A stretch of DNA of 64,000 bases from NCBI RefSeq assembly GCF_009914755.1, contig NC_060946.1; one strand, 5' to 3'. The notes beneath the pieces were generated by a model. That model did not search any database. It was not told the DNA's origin and saw nothing but the letters and a program-made list of their open reading frames with translations. The translations under genes were made by a program, and so were the position numbers. The DNA is from the human T2T-CHM13v2.0 reference genome, Homo sapiens. Positions 37,695-55,830 of the stretch are shown here, in pieces. Position 1 is the first letter of the stretch. Every line of letters begins with the position of its first letter.

Positions 37695-39147
37695 TCAGGG
37701 ACCAGCAGCTCCAGGCATTTCCTGAAAACGGGGACTGCCCTGCTGCAGACCCCGCTCCTGGCTTCTGGCGCTACAAAGTATTTGGCAGGAACTCAGTGAC
37801 TACTGAATGGATCTGGAGCAGATAAGAAAGCCAGTGTGAAGTCCCAAGGAAACCCACAGGATTGGCACTGGCATCTTCCATTGGGTATTTTGTGACTAAA
37901 GCTGGACGGGGTCCTTCTTCCCTCTCTCCTTGCTCCTGCCACCACCGTAATGTCACCATCAGCGACGGTGATATAGCTGGCCTCACAGTTCCCCAAGCAG
38001 CCCTAGACAACTTTCTGCTCTCCATAGACAGTCTAGACTGGCGATGCTGAGACGCTCTATATCATTGTCCGGACATGGCGGGGTCTAGGACCACTGCCCA
38101 CACCACATGCTCAGCCACAACACATGCCCAGCCACTCAGTCTCCGCCCACGTGCCACAGCCCCTCCACTGGTCCTGTGGTTGCATCCCACCTGGTCTCCC
38201 CACTGCACCTCTTCCCCTTGGTCTTCTACTTCGCCCAGCCCAGCTAACGTGACATGCAGGCAGAGGGTGTCCTAGCGTCACTGCAGGCCCTTCCAGCGGC
38301 GGGCAGTCCTCCTATTACAACTTTCACGGTGGCTCTGCCTCATCGTCAGCAGAGACCTTGTCTCCCACCTTCACCTGCAAAAGACACATCACAGGGCATG
38401 ATCTCCCTCCACTCTCTCCTCTCCACCTGAAAATGATGTCGTCTTCAGCTGTCCTTGGCACCAGACTCAAGAGAACGAGCCCTGTGTCCATCTCGGCCCC
38501 ATGGGGCCCAATGCCACCATCCCCTCCACTGTTTCTCCGCCTCACTGCTCCTTCTTCCTAGAGTCAGGAATGCTAAGCCTGTCCCTAGGAAAACCCATCC
38601 CTGCACTGCTTCTCTTTGGCCACTCCCAAACCCTGCCCCCTTGGCTTCAGGGCCGGGGGTGGGGGTCTGCACTTGCTTCCACAGCCTAGGGGTGTTTCCT
38701 GTTCCCCTCAGATGGTCCAGGCCAGCTCTGAACGTGTTGGTTCTAAGTAAACACAGCGAACTGGCCAGCCTAGATGCTGGTCCAAACTGCCATCTGGAAC
38801 TGCTGAGCTACCGCTGAGAGAAGCCCATCACAAAGTGGGGAAAATGGGACCAGGCTCCTCTGCTGAACAAGGAAGATGATTATTCTGATTGCCTTATACA
38901 GAATCTGGACAACAGGGAAGACTGTTAAGTCTCTCAGGGAGAGGGCCAGTGGAATACTCCCACAGTGCTTCAAATACCCCATTGCAAACTCCCAGTTTAG
39001 GTGTGATCAGCTCACTTCCCTGAAGGTTTCTGACAGGAGGGTTTCTTCTCTGATTAGTAAGAGGGTTTCCTCTCAGATTAGCAGTTACGTTTGTTTGCAG
39101 GCATTTTAGTGACACCTCACAACAAAATTTAGTGAAATAAAGCAGCA

Positions 39148-39170
39148 TTTAAAAAGACTTGCTATTTACT
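39148..39170 (-). terminator. MAPK1: Main MAPK1 poly(A) site with non-canonical AGTAAA signal
   Basis: Minus strand reads ctcAGTAAAtagcaagtctttttaaa followed by tgctgctttatttcactaaattttgttgtg (U/GU-rich downstream element). A TATAAA variant also lies ~45 nt upstream. Confidence 0.7.
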
Positions 39171-39244
39171 GAGTACTTGCTTTGAAGTACTATGCTGAAC
39201 AGTTGAAATGTATTTTTATAATCTTTACCATATACAAGGCAAGT

Positions 39245-39400
39245 AATATTGCTTCCACTTTACAGCTGACAGTCTGAAGCAGAGGAAGAAAGCAGAGACG
39301 CAGAATGACTGGCCCACAGCCAGCCGCAGTTATAAGCAGGGGGTAGTTCTGAACCCAGCTGGATGGGTCCAAGGCCTGTGCTCTTTCCATAACACCACAT
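39245..39400 (-). mobile_element. MIR-like fragment inside the distal MAPK1 3'UTR
   Basis: CCACTTTACAGCTGA...TGACTGGCCCACAGCC...CTGAACCCAG...TCCAAGGCCTGTGCTCTTTCC. Confidence 0.55.
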
Positions 39401-42099
39401 CCAAAACATTTTCCAGTATCTTTGTTTTGTAAATAAGTCATTACATAATGCCCAATATTGATAAGAACCAAATGTCCAAGAAATCCTATCTTTATGACTT
39501 CTTGCTCTGAAAAAAGGGGTTGCCCAGGATGTCTGCCCAGCAGTGGGGTTGCAGAAGTTCAGGAGGATGAGGAGATGGGCGTGGGCACCGCCTACCCCCC
39601 CCCCCGACAGGTGAAGGTCTGAAGAACCACCTGGAGAACCCTAGGAGCACTGACATCCCCATTCAACTCGAGGAACAGCTCACAGCCCTAACACAAGTTA
39701 CCACATGCAGAGCAAATCTGGAAGACATCTGGGGAACATAACGAAGGACTAGACAATTTCACGTTTTCACAGATGAAACTGCAATTAAACTATACATGCA
39801 CGGTGCTGTGTTATTTTGGTAATACAGGGACACAATTTAATGATTCTAAGGATTTTTTTGTAGTTTTTTTTTTTTACAAGTCAGGTGCCATAAACATTCA
39901 AATAATCCATCTTTTAAAAAGTACGTTTACAACATCAAAAGAATTAAGATGAAATATAAACCTTTCTACTTACAATTTTTATACAGATTAACCAAATCAC
40001 AAATACCACAAATAAATGTTAATGTTAAATTGTAACAATATAATGAATAAACATTCAGATTCTTAATAAAATCTTCCTTTAACATTTTTTAACTTACCAT
40101 TATACTAAATAATCTATGCAGAATTTTGGGGTACAATACCAAGAAGGCACCAACAGTACAAAGCAGATACAAAGCAGTTTCAGAACTTTCTTGAGTGCTC
40201 TACACGGATAAACAGCACAAGAAAAGGCAACAAGCTTTAGGTAAACCTGGTGCAACCCTGGAGGACTTGCTCTGGATTTCCATTTGTTTCTGACCCATCA
40301 TGTCAAGGTGGATGACGTAAGAGAAACCACATATTCACTGTTATAGCTTCTCATCTGCACCACAGGAGTATCATGTTTCAAACACCAGCATAACAATTTT
40401 AAAGCACAAATGCTTTAAAAATGTATAAGCAAAAGGATTGCTCAGATTTTCAAAACCATTACATTTACAAAAATATTTCCCTTAAACTTGGGATTGCTCC
40501 AAAACATTGATTTACAAATATAAAAGTATTATGGAAGGACCCAAAGCATGTGTGCATATGTATGTGTGTATTAACATACTGTTACCATACTATATAAAAG
40601 TTACCAATTTAAAAACCATATTAACATATAAGCAAATAAAGAGAAAACAGTTTCCTCTGAATGGCTGAAATATTACGTGGCATGTGGTTGGGTAGTTTAC
40701 CTTTGTGATTCCTTAGAGAAAACCACTGGTGAGCTACATGTAGCTTCTCAAAGCTACTGGTTACCTCTACACCCACTGCCTGTGCCCAAGAGCAGAAGGA
40801 ATGAGTGTGCACACACCACACACTGTGCACTGCACACACAATACAGTATTCTTCTACCCAGATGCCACAATGTCTGCGTATCTCTGCTAGCTTTGAGGAC
40901 CTGTGTCAGGACAGAGTCCTCATGATTAGTTCTTTCAATTCCATCCCACTGGCTTGTTCAGTATTTCTTTTATACTAAATGAAAGGACTGGAATGTTTCA
41001 GCAGGAATTTTTTGCTTACATTTTAGACACCAAAAAAGCTATTAGTCTGAAAGCTTATTTGAACATACAAATAGTGGAGGTGCTGTTCCGTGTCACTAAT
41101 ATGAATTAAGATGACCTAATCTGTACATTTTTACAAATGTAAGAAGAGCCAAAATGATGCATCTACTACACATGATAGCTAGCGCTTTTCATAGGTACCT
41201 TGGTTAGGACCATTCTCTGCCCAGTTACATTATGTTTGGCATGATTAATAAAAAGCACACAACTTATGGCTACAATGATTCTAGAATGAAGTTAGTGGTT
41301 TCATGCCAATCTGACTCCACAGTACCAGGAAGGGGAATGGGAAGGAGCTCACAGTCTCCAGATGTTAGTAGCCAAGGATATGGTTTTCTATTTAGAAGAG
41401 GACTGCAAATTAACCTTATAATAGTAACTTTCCATTTAAAAAGAAACAAGAGTAATAAAACTGTCAATGCTTTTTTATAAATGAAAACTGACTAATCAGT
41501 GTTATCCGGTAACAGTCACATTTCTGTGTCCCGTCAATGCTGTGTGGACCTTCAGACGGCAGCTCTGAGCACGCAAGTGAAAAGCGCGTATTTCAGGGCA
41601 AGAATAGAGATGTGGGTCTGTTTTCCGAGGATGAGCCAGCTATCCTTCCTCAGCCACAGGAGTGGTGAGTGTGAGCACCCTGGGCTGGGTGGTGAGGACT
41701 GCGTACTGTGGGGCGGCCCTTCCCAACTCTTGGCTGTGCCCAGCAGCACCTCTGGGGCACAAGGGCAGGCCCTCTTTAGAGAGAACCAGGGAATCCAACC
41801 TGAGATGTCGGGGCTTCTTTGTTAGGGTTTGACAGAATATTTGAGACCTAAGATTGTGAATAAAGGAACATGACAGCATCGATTCTCTGCCGAGCAGAGG
41901 TAAAAAGGACCCTACAGAAGTACCTTTCTAACTCATCTTATGTAAATCCAAGTGCTGGGCCAGTGCCTGGGCGGCAAAGTGAGGCCTGTGAGCATTTCTG
42001 TGTTCAGCACAACCTGAACCTGACTGTCCATTCAGACACGCTGATCCAGAGGAAAGCAACACTGAATCTTAACATGAATGTGAAGATAGAAGATGTACA

Positions 42100-43060
42100 T
42101 TTATTTTCATGAATTACAAATGCATTTCTGTTCATATTAGCAGGCAGTCTTTATATAACCCATTCTCCATTGCTGTCAAAAATCAAACAAGAAAAAAGGA
42201 CAGCTGAGAAATGAAAAGCTAAAAATAGAATTATTTTTCCTAAATGATCTGCTGGATAGCATTTTCCGTGGAACACAACTCAGAGGTAACAATAGAGTTT
42301 TCATTTCAATCGTAGGCATGTGGCACTTGGACAGTCATCTCTGCACAGAAAGCTGTAACAGTCATGCGAGGGTACAGTAATTATTGAACAAGGCAAATTT
42401 CTCACCACAGAGAGCAGTGGGGAAGTCAAGAGGAGGCACCGCACTGGGACAGAACACCGAGTCAACTCCACAGTACACAGTGGCAGGAACAAATACTTAA
42501 AGAGATCAGTAAAATATGGATAGAGCTCCAAACACGAGTTAGTGCTAGCTTTTTCTGACAGTCTGACTCAGCAGTATCAGAAATATTTGAGTACTTGAGG
42601 ACAGAACAGTGCTTCACGTCATGAGCTCCTGGAGGCTTTATTACAAATTGTTATACTGTAGGTTGAAAAATGAACTTGAGATGCTGACATGCTGTAGAAG
42701 GAAAAAGAATTGTATACTTTCTCATTTAAAGACGCAGTGTTCCTCTCTGCTAAATCCTCAGGCATGGAACGTGGTTACTGAAACACCCACATTTGAAGTA
42801 GCTCAAGGGCGTATATGCACCAGCATGTGGAGTTCCACCCTGGGACATCCCCAGAAACCGCCCACAGCTCAGCACTGCAACCTTTGTACTTCTCTCACCA
42901 AATGTCGAGTGAAGCTGCCACTTTAAATCTTTTTTTGTAAGTCTTACAAACATTAAGTACTGCACATAACGCTTCTTGACAAGTGTTACACCTCTATATG
43001 GTACAAGTGACCACAGTAACTACAGAGTGACACTGCTGGGTGCAGTACTTCCTTTTTATT
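42100..43060 (-). terminator. MAPK1: Tandem proximal canonical AATAAA signals in the MAPK1 3'UTR (43055-43060, 42637-42642, 42100-42105)
   Basis: TTTATT on the + strand at each position. Usage is not provable from sequence. Confidence 0.55.
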
Positions 43061-44939
43061 TAGAAAAATGACTGCATTTTCTAAAAGCTGGGCCAATAGC
43101 ACATACCTTATATATGTTAGTGACTACCATGATATGAGAAAAGACGTGGACAAGTGCTCCCCAAGGATTCCGGAGACGGAAGCACTTGCTGCAGGCTGCA
43201 ACATCAGCCAAGGTATTTCCACAAGCTCCTGCTCTGGGGAAACAGTTATGGTCAAAAGGTGAAGTGCAAATAAGGGGCTGTCACTGACTTAAAGTGCCCT
43301 AGGTAGTAGCCTTCCCTATCATAAAGTGAGATGCCAGTGACTAGAGCCAATTGGGGAAGAATCTCTCTCTGGTGCGGCTGCATGGTCAGCAGGGCATCAT
43401 GTAGAAAAGGATTCAGGAGAGGGAGGAACCACTGCATCTTTCAAACCAGAAAGCAATTAGTGACTAAAGCAACAGTAAGCAGTAGGTGCACTGAAGTACA
43501 TACTGCCGCAGGTCACCAATGGGTGACACACACAGGGCTGCCAGGAGGAATTCTCTGGACTGAAGAAATTCTTTGAAAGCATAAAAGCCACAACTACCAG
43601 AAACCGCCCCTCCAAACGGCTCAAAGGAGTCAAAGTGGATAAGCCAAGACGGGCTGGAGACAGGACCAGGGGTCAAGAACTGGGAAGAAGAACACCGATG
43701 TCTGAGCACGTCCAGTCCTCTGAGCCCTTGTCCTATAGAAACACAAACAGACCACTGAGTTAAGAGTGAGCCATGTGAAAACAGCATCATCATCAGCATC
43801 ACAAAACACAAAAGTGACAACAGTGAACCACATTAAAACAGCAGCAGCAGCAATAGCATTATGAAAACAGAAAAGGGAAAAAAGACTCCTGCAAAATGGC
43901 CATTTCTTTGGACACATTTGGGCAAGGATAACACATGGCAGTTCTGAAGGGGCCAGGGTCAGCCCTCACTCCACAGGCACCTCCTCTCAGACAGTTCTGA
44001 GGTGGTTTCCACAACACTCATAGGAAAGACGCCACTCCCCCAGCCTACGCTGACTGCAGTGTTCCTAAGATGTCCTTTATTTACCGTAAGATATCCAACA
44101 CTAGTGCATGAAAATCTAGCAGAGTATCACTTACTATTTCACAGAGCACTTTCAGAGCTGTGGTTTCCATCTGCCACTCAGGAGGTGGGGCAAGAAGAAT
44201 GGGCTAACTATAGCCAAACTGTGGACTTGGAGATGGGCTAAGAGGGAGAAGTGGTCTCTTTTATGTAGAGGTGAACTGCAGCCAAACCTACGGGTTGGCA
44301 GGAAATTAAAGCTGCCCTAAAATGCTTTCATCTTCAATAAACCAAAGGGAAATGCGGTTCATGCCCCTAGTGATCAATCCACCTGAGAAAATTCACAATC
44401 AGGCAGATGAAGAAGGAAGTTGAGCACTGACCTCTACCTTCACCCGCCTCACAGGGTAGGAGACTGAGGACATGGGCTGGGTAGGAATGAGGCTTGTCAC
44501 AGGTAGTAGGCATGATCAGCTTTTAAACTTGCCCATGGAAACATTTCTAAAACTGACCCCCTTAAGCAAAATACAATGAATATAATTTGACCCTTTTTTA
44601 AGACCTTTCGGCCACCACTACAAATATCACTTCATTGCTTCCTCTACCAAAGGGGCCCCACAGCTGTGCTCTGTGGTCCTGGGGTGTATGTTTCTAAGCC
44701 TTTCTTGCTGCAGCCAAACGGTCAACCGTGCCCTCCCAGTGTTCCCATGTTTTATTACACCTTTACCTCCTGAGCTCTCCAATTCAGAGCTCCTGATCTC
44801 CAGTGTGTGGGCTGGGAACTCAGAGACAATGCTCCTTAGTATTGTGAATGAGTCCTGAGAACTTTCCCAAGGAGCAAGGCTAATCACAGGCAGTGTGCAG
44901 CCTGCCACTGTTTCATGCTGGCAAACATTTCAAGAAAAT

Positions 44940-45415
44940 GACATTCTGGGTCCAAAATACCTGGATTCTCTGCCTAGTTTTGCCACTTGATGTACAATTT
45001 TGAGCGAAGTGCTCAAAGGCTCCTGTCTTCAGTTTCCTCAATTATAAACATGGATGCATGCTGACTTCCCAAAATTCTGTTGTGATCACCAAAATGAAAT
45101 GTTTATGAAAGAACCTATCCCATAGTTTAATCAGCCAACCCAGCCCCAGCTTCCCCTGGATTCATGTGATATTCTAGATGACTAAATTGTAAGTCAGTCT
45201 AGACGTTGGCAACGTCCTTTGCAATGAATGGATAAAATGCGATGGGTTGATGGGTGGATAGAGGAACAGATGGACAGATCTATGAGAAAACAAGTAAGAT
45301 GTTAATGTTAACTGTATAATCTAGGTGGTGGGAATATGGGTGTCTACTTTAAATTCCTTCAACTTTTCAGAATAGTTGAAAACTGTCACTAAAAGAATGT
45401 TGGGAAAAAAAATCA
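44940..45415 (+). mobile_element. MIR fragment (~44945-45100) and old L1ME/MC 3' end (~45230-45415) in MAPK1 intron 8
   Basis: CTTCAGTTTCCTCAATTATAAA (MIR); TCTAGGTGGTGGGAATATGGGTGTC...CAACTTTTC...AATGTTGGGAAAAAAA (L1). Confidence 0.65.
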
Positions 45416-47326
45416 TGCTATAAGCACATAGGGAGCATCTGTGTGTCTTCTGTGTCTGGAGCAAATGAACAACGCACAGAGGTGACTGTCCTTGCCACGC
45501 CGGGACTCTCAGAGTGGTGGTGGACCTGAGAGGGATACTGGTCCCCCGCCTTGCAAAGCTGGCTTCAGGAGGCGTTCTGCCAGCAACTGCGCCCTGTGGC
45601 CTCAGGAGCAACCCTGCCTCTGTCTTGCCATCCTTGTGCCTGCGGTGCTGCCTGTCTCTTCAGTGGCCTGACCAGTTTTCCCCCAAGTCCCTGCTCTCAG
45701 AGGTCCTCCTGCATCCTTACTGCCACCAGAGTCACCTGAGCCACTGCTTCAGGTCAGGCAGCTACCTGTGAGGGAGAGCTGGCCTCCTGGGGAAGCAAGG
45801 GCCACAGCCTGGGCTGGCCTCTTTCTCTGCAGCCCCCCTCTTGCCCAGCTGTCTGGCATGCCCGCCTTCCAGGGTCCACACAGCTGTGCCCCTCCCCAAC
45901 CAGCAAAGAACCCAACTGTCAGGTTTCAGCTGCAGCACAACTGCCGCGAGTCGGCCACACTCTGTGAGGCTTTAATGTCTGCCTTACTCTCTGGGACCCA
46001 CCATGCCTGTGTCCATCTCTGGGACTCTGTATACTCCTTGTTGTTTACATTTCCTGCTATGAGGCTGCTGGAAAGCAAAACCTGGGTTTTATTCATCTTT
46101 GTTCCTTTCCTAACTGGCGAAAGGAAGTGCTCAATGCTGATTAAATGATGAAAAACAAATTATCACGTCAACCCCAGAAGCTCTTTTATACTAAAAATGT
46201 GCACAGTTGTGTGTGTGTGTGTCTTTCTCCCCTACTACATGGGCCCCTCTGAGGCTGTGTTTAGGTCCTGCTTGCCGCGTTTGCTGTTAGTGTCTAATGC
46301 AGACTAAGCAGGCAGCACTGCCGCCTGACCTGAAGCGACAGAGATGAGATGCTCACAGGCCACCACCTGGCTGAGGGAAAATGACTGTGAAAGGAACTGT
46401 GAAGGAAGAAAAGCAACAGAAGTTGCTCAGCTCAATATTCTAGGTTCTGTAAACGGCAAGAGAGTGCTCTTCACAGAAGGGCAGGCCTCACAGGCCATCC
46501 AGGTCTGTTATGACTACCCCACGCCGCTGCTGTAGAGGAAAGGCAGCGGGCTGACCAAGGTCTAGTTAACCTGACCTTGTACAGACACTGGGAGTGTGTC
46601 CTGGAGCCTCACGGAGGGAGAGGGACGGACTCTTGAGAAACAGAGACAATTGCTCCACTGTGAGCACCTCACAGAGGAGCCAGGAAGGAAGTTCTGTGGG
46701 GACTGCAGGTGTGAAAATGGTTGGATCCTGGGGCCCAGCTTTCTGTCAGTGAGTGACTGTGCAAATCACTGTGGCTAACACCTCCTCCACTAGAGAGCCA
46801 CATGTGTATGGGGCAACAGAAGACATGAACCAGCTCAGCCCCTGCTGATAACAGGCTTCTTTCTCAGTCACTCCGCAAGGCTTATGGCTAGCAGTCCACT
46901 GCACGTCCTGTTCGCGTGACTCCACAACACTTCCCTTGGGTTTGAGAGATCGTCTTTTGGGGTGCGTCTGGTGTTAACAGCAGGCTAAGTGAGGGCTTAA
47001 CAGTGCCAGCAGCCCTGCCTCCCCCAAGTTGGTAGGTTTAGAAAACTTGGAGTCTTTAAGACTTTGCCTTTCCTCCTCCTCTTGAATTTGCCGCTTCTCA
47101 CCACTTCATTTCTAGTCCAAGGCTACGGCCCCTTTGGTATGGAAGACCAGGCATTTGTTCTTAGCTGATCTCCTACCCAGTATTCCCTCATTTCAACCCC
47201 TCCTGCTTTGATGTCAGACTTTTGAAAACACCATTTTCCGGCCCCCAAACTACTAGTGTCTATTCCCTACCAATTCCTCGTTCTGTTGCCCTGCCTGGCT
47301 TTCAGGGCTATCTGCTTGGAGGCTGA

Positions 47327-47750
<424 letters not shown>

Positions 47751-48520
47751 CACAATTCTTTATTCACTGCTTCTTTCTATAGAGTTCTAAACACAAGTCC
47801 AGTTCTCTCTCCTCTTGTCACATACTCTCTAAAATCAAGATTTGCATTCTTTTCCTGTATACTTTTCTTTTCTGACACAGGGTTCACCCAGGATGGAGTG
47901 CAGTGATACAATCATAGCTCATTGCAGCCTTGGACTCTGAGATTCAAGGGATCCTCTCCCCTCAGCCTCTCAAAGTGCTGGGATTATAGGCATGAGCCAT
48001 TGTGTTGGGCCTGCTCAATTTTTAAAATCTACCAATATTGTCACATTGTTCACCTTCCCTTATGATCTAAGCACATGTAGCTTCTGTGCAGGCCCATGTA
48101 AATCCCCCTGACTGGCCAGCCCAGCCTCCATCTCCTGGATGAAGTTTCTCCAGCTCTCCAGCCTACACTGCTAGTCTGAACTGGTAACAGGGTCTGGGCC
48201 CCTTGCATGTGACATCAACTGTAGAACCAGGTCCCAGCTAGGAGTTTCTGAAGGGGCAGGCACAGAGGACTCTAATACTAAATTTATTTAACTGGTGGCT
48301 CTGCTTTCCATGGGAGGGAGTCCTGAGGCGAACCCTTTCCAGAGAGATGCTCATGTAACTGTGAAACTGCTCTGGACAGGCAGCAAGGAACGGATGAGAA
48401 CCCAAAGATGAACAATCTGGAATATGAAAAAGTTGTTTCCAAATAATCACATTCACTACCCTTGAGAGTAAAGGAGGTACTTGGAGTTTCTAATAAACGA
48501 GAGAGAGATTCCTAGGAGAA

Positions 48521-48685
48521 TATATGTAACTTTCTAAATAATTTTTAATTCTAAATTTAAAAAAATACCTTCCAATAAGGAGCTTGGAAAAGAATACAAA
48601 ATAATGGACCTTGAGGAACATAATATTCTAGAAACAAAAGGCAGCGCCTCCCTTGCTAGAGCTCACTGTATTAAACTCCAGGTAC
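48521..48685 (-). terminator. MAPK1: MAPK1 short-3'UTR isoform: read-through of the exon 8 donor to an intronic poly(A) site (ATTAAA 48544-48549)
   Basis: Weak donor CAG|GTACCT, then ATTAAA ~140 nt downstream, then a pyrimidine/U-rich tract. This matches the known second MAPK1 transcript variant with the same protein and a short UTR. Confidence 0.8.
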
Positions 48686-48694
48686 CTGACAAAT

Positions 48695-48832
<138 letters not shown>

Positions 48833-48947
48833 TTAACAGTCAAAGTTGTTATGGGTAAGGCAGTAATTTACTGATTCATAAAATGACCACTGCTCAGATT
48901 CTGAATTTACAACAGGACTGATGTCTCATAAAAACTTAAGAGTTGAT

Positions 48948-51148
<2,201 letters not shown>

Positions 51149-52281
51149 TGATTTTTAAATGCCCGTGAACTAATGCAATGTTACAGAACTAAGCTGATGA
51201 TAATACCAGCTGTCAATCAGTGAATGCCTAGAATCTCACCTCTCACCCATGTAATCCTCACATGGGGCCTTTAGGGGGAGGAAGCACAGACCCCAAACTC
51301 TGCACTAAGCTTTGGCCATCTGAAAGGGGAGAAGGACTCATGTCCAGAAGAATAAATAGCTCAGCCCGAAGGAGGGCTATGCATCTGGGATCACAGGAGG
51401 TGTCCTACACGCATCACCCACCACCCCAGCCAGCTGATTTGGACTCGGAAGCTTGGGAAATCTCCAGCCCACTAAGCTTGTAAGAGCCCCAAACCTGTAT
51501 TCTCTCCTATTCTGTGTTACTGGCTATGTTGTAGGTATTTCACAAGCTGCCTAACTTGTTGCTGGAGGCAGAGAGATGGATGTGGAAGGGAAAGCTGATT
51601 CTTTCAAAAATAGGAGGGTAAAGACTATTCTCTGTGCATATGAGCCTCAACTACAACAATCCAAACTTTTGGTTCATATTGCATTTTTCTTTGTTATCCT
51701 CCAGAGAATAAAGTTAAAATTGAACCCCAGAGACACCAGAGAGCCAAGGCACTAGGGGAGAACACGACATGCAGCATCTTCTACCTGAATGCCCTGCCTG
51801 CTCTGAAGAGCTGCCATATCCACTCTGGCCTCATCACTTCTTACAACAGGCTCTCGTGTCCTTGTCTCTAGGGAATAGCACACCCGACATGGAGTCGCCA
51901 AGCCACAGTGGAAACTGTCCAAGTTGACTTCCCTCCCCACTCTGTGTGCTGTCCCTGTCAGCAGGCTGCCCACCTCCTCTCCACCCCGGCCATCCTCAGG
52001 GCCAGCACTTCACTTCAGGTGTCTCTTCCTGTCACACCATGACAATGGCCTCCAGTCTCAGACCCATGCCCTCTGTGCTCCATACTGGTGCAGCTGTCCC
52101 CTTTATACATGCGTTTACCCCGCCCCTACCTGTTGCAGGTGGCCTGGAGGAAGTCTTCTGAGATAGACAGAGTTACGGGGGGAGGGATTTCAAGCTGTGC
52201 CCCACAGCACTCGTCCTCAAGGCAAAGGTGGGCTTGTTGGAAGAACCGGGTATGGCAGCAGGTATATCTCAGGAAAATCTA

Positions 52282-52602
<321 letters not shown>

Positions 52603-52694
52603 CTATATCTCCAAGCCTCCCGAGACTGTGAACATAGGGACCGACCATCTGACAATTGCAGACCGCAAACAAAAACACTGGCACTACTTAATGA

Positions 52695-53028
<334 letters not shown>

Positions 53029-53912
53029 AGCAATGATCATTTCTTATTAGGTTATTTGTAGGTAAAGGTCAACTTCATCCATCTGCAAATTAGCACATAC
53101 TATTAAGCCCTCAAAGTAGAATGATAAAATATCATTATTTCTTCTTAAAACATTTTAAAATTTAATTGTATGTCCCTTCTCACCATTCCTAAAATGATAA
53201 ACAATCACGTAAAATTTGGTACAATTTAATACTCATGATCAGTTTAAGGAATCACTTCTAGCCACTACTTTCAAAAAGTAAGTTTTCACTATTTACTAAG
53301 AAAATGTTTCCTAACCCTTAAGAACAATCAGTAGACCTTCCGAAGGGATTGCTTGGGTGCTGGGGGGAGGTGGGAGGCATCTTGCTGCCTGAGGTCACTG
53401 AAGGGCTGTGGGTGTGTATTTGTGCTCAGCCCCGGCCAATTTTGACCTCCCTTGTTGCAACCCCTGACCTTAAGACAACAGGAGATGATAAACATGGTAA
53501 ACCACATGCTGGACATAATGAGAAATTCCGCATAGAAAACATTTAAAAGTTATGTATGTTTCTATCTATAATCTTTTCAATACATACAAGTGCACTTTAG
53601 GAAATTACGGAATAATGATATTTTGTTTTATAGCCTAGATAACTTTTCAGAGTAGAGAATCCAGACAGGTTTTGCTGTGACTGAAGGAGTGTCTGCGCAG
53701 TAGAAGAGGTGGTCATGCCTGCAGCTGTGACCCTGGGTCTGTGGGCACACAAACTGGCTAGGTTTAGGAAGTGGCCCTCTCAAGGGTCAGGACAAAGACG
53801 CATGATGGTCAAGAACCCAGGAATCTCTGGTTCAAATCCTACTTCCAAGGAACACTTGTAGATATGTGTACAAGACACACAACCCTTGCCGAATCTTAAG
53901 ATTCCTGTGGTT

Positions 53913-54330
<418 letters not shown>

Positions 54331-54916
54331 TTAAGTCATTTGGCTTTTCACCCAATTAGATACTGTCTGTGCTAAGAAAAGTCCAGAAGGCCTGGACCAC
54401 AATGAGATTCTAACAGTATTACTTCTAAACCACTGGGGGCAGAAGGGTCCTACTCAAACTTGTTCGTATTAAGTAGACAGGCACTCCAAGCCAACTGGAT
54501 GTTTTGCAGCTTAAGCATTTCTAAAACAGATCCATTAGTTCCTTAAAGTTAAATAAATTCTAGGCCCTTAAACCTCCAGGCATAAATTTCAAAGAAGACA
54601 GCTTTTTAAAAAAAGATTTGCTACTTGAAAAGTAGCTAGATCTCCAGCCTTCTGTTACTGCAAGTGCTATTTCTACATTATTCATAGCTACAGAAGGAGA
54701 AAAGGAGAGAACCGGGAAGCAGCTGGCAGGTGCGGATCCCACAGTCAAGAATGTCCGGACTCCCTCCTCCCACGCCACATGGGCATTCATTGGTAACACT
54801 CAGATGGTGTGAATCATGGCTGCCTGTGTGGATGCTTACTTGGATACAGGTTTTATTTCCCCTAAAAGACTGGAAGTCCCTTTGAGGCTAGTATTACTCC
54901 TGACCACAAATCCTGA

Positions 54917-55595
<679 letters not shown>

Positions 55596-55830
55596 TAACA
55601 ACCTGATTCCAACCCTTTCTTCTAATCCATCATCCTTTTTTCCTTCTTGCCCTGTCCTGGACCTGGGGAAAGCCATTGACTGGCTCTCCACAGTGCCTCT
55701 TCATGTCTATCTTGCCTGCCTCGTGAAACTGACCCTGAATCAATGCTGCAACCTGTCACTTCCATCCTCAACTCATGTTTCTGTGCGGGGCCAGAGAAAA
55801 GACTGAACTGTGCAAAGTGTGCCAGTGCGA

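Larger units (their letters stand above)
39148..43732 (-). other. MAPK1: MAPK1 exon 9, non-coding terminal exon (~4.6 kb 3'UTR)
   Basis: Acceptor gtgtttctatag|GACAAGGG (AG at 43733-43734) with branch-like CTTAAC upstream. The exon is Alu-free and U-rich. Its 3' end is placed ~17 nt after AGTAAA (39165-39170) and is followed by a U/GU-rich tract. The length agrees with my recollection of the ~5.9 kb mRNA. Confidence 0.9.

Noticed and set aside
39136-39141. Plus-strand AATAAA at the MAPK1 3' end suggesting a convergent antisense gene
   Set aside because: It is simply the complement of the U-rich downstream element, and no plus-strand exon structure leads to it.
39148-43732. Canonical Pumilio elements (UGUANAUA) in the MAPK1 3'UTR
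   Set aside because: PUF regulation of ERK2 is reported, but by eye I found only near matches (e.g. UGUACAUC adjacent to the AATAAA at 42100). A motif scan is needed before claiming sites.
43464-43917. Minus-strand ORFs (118 and 95 aa) crossing the exon 9 acceptor
   Set aside because: They start in the intron, have low-complexity composition, and overlap a known non-coding exon.
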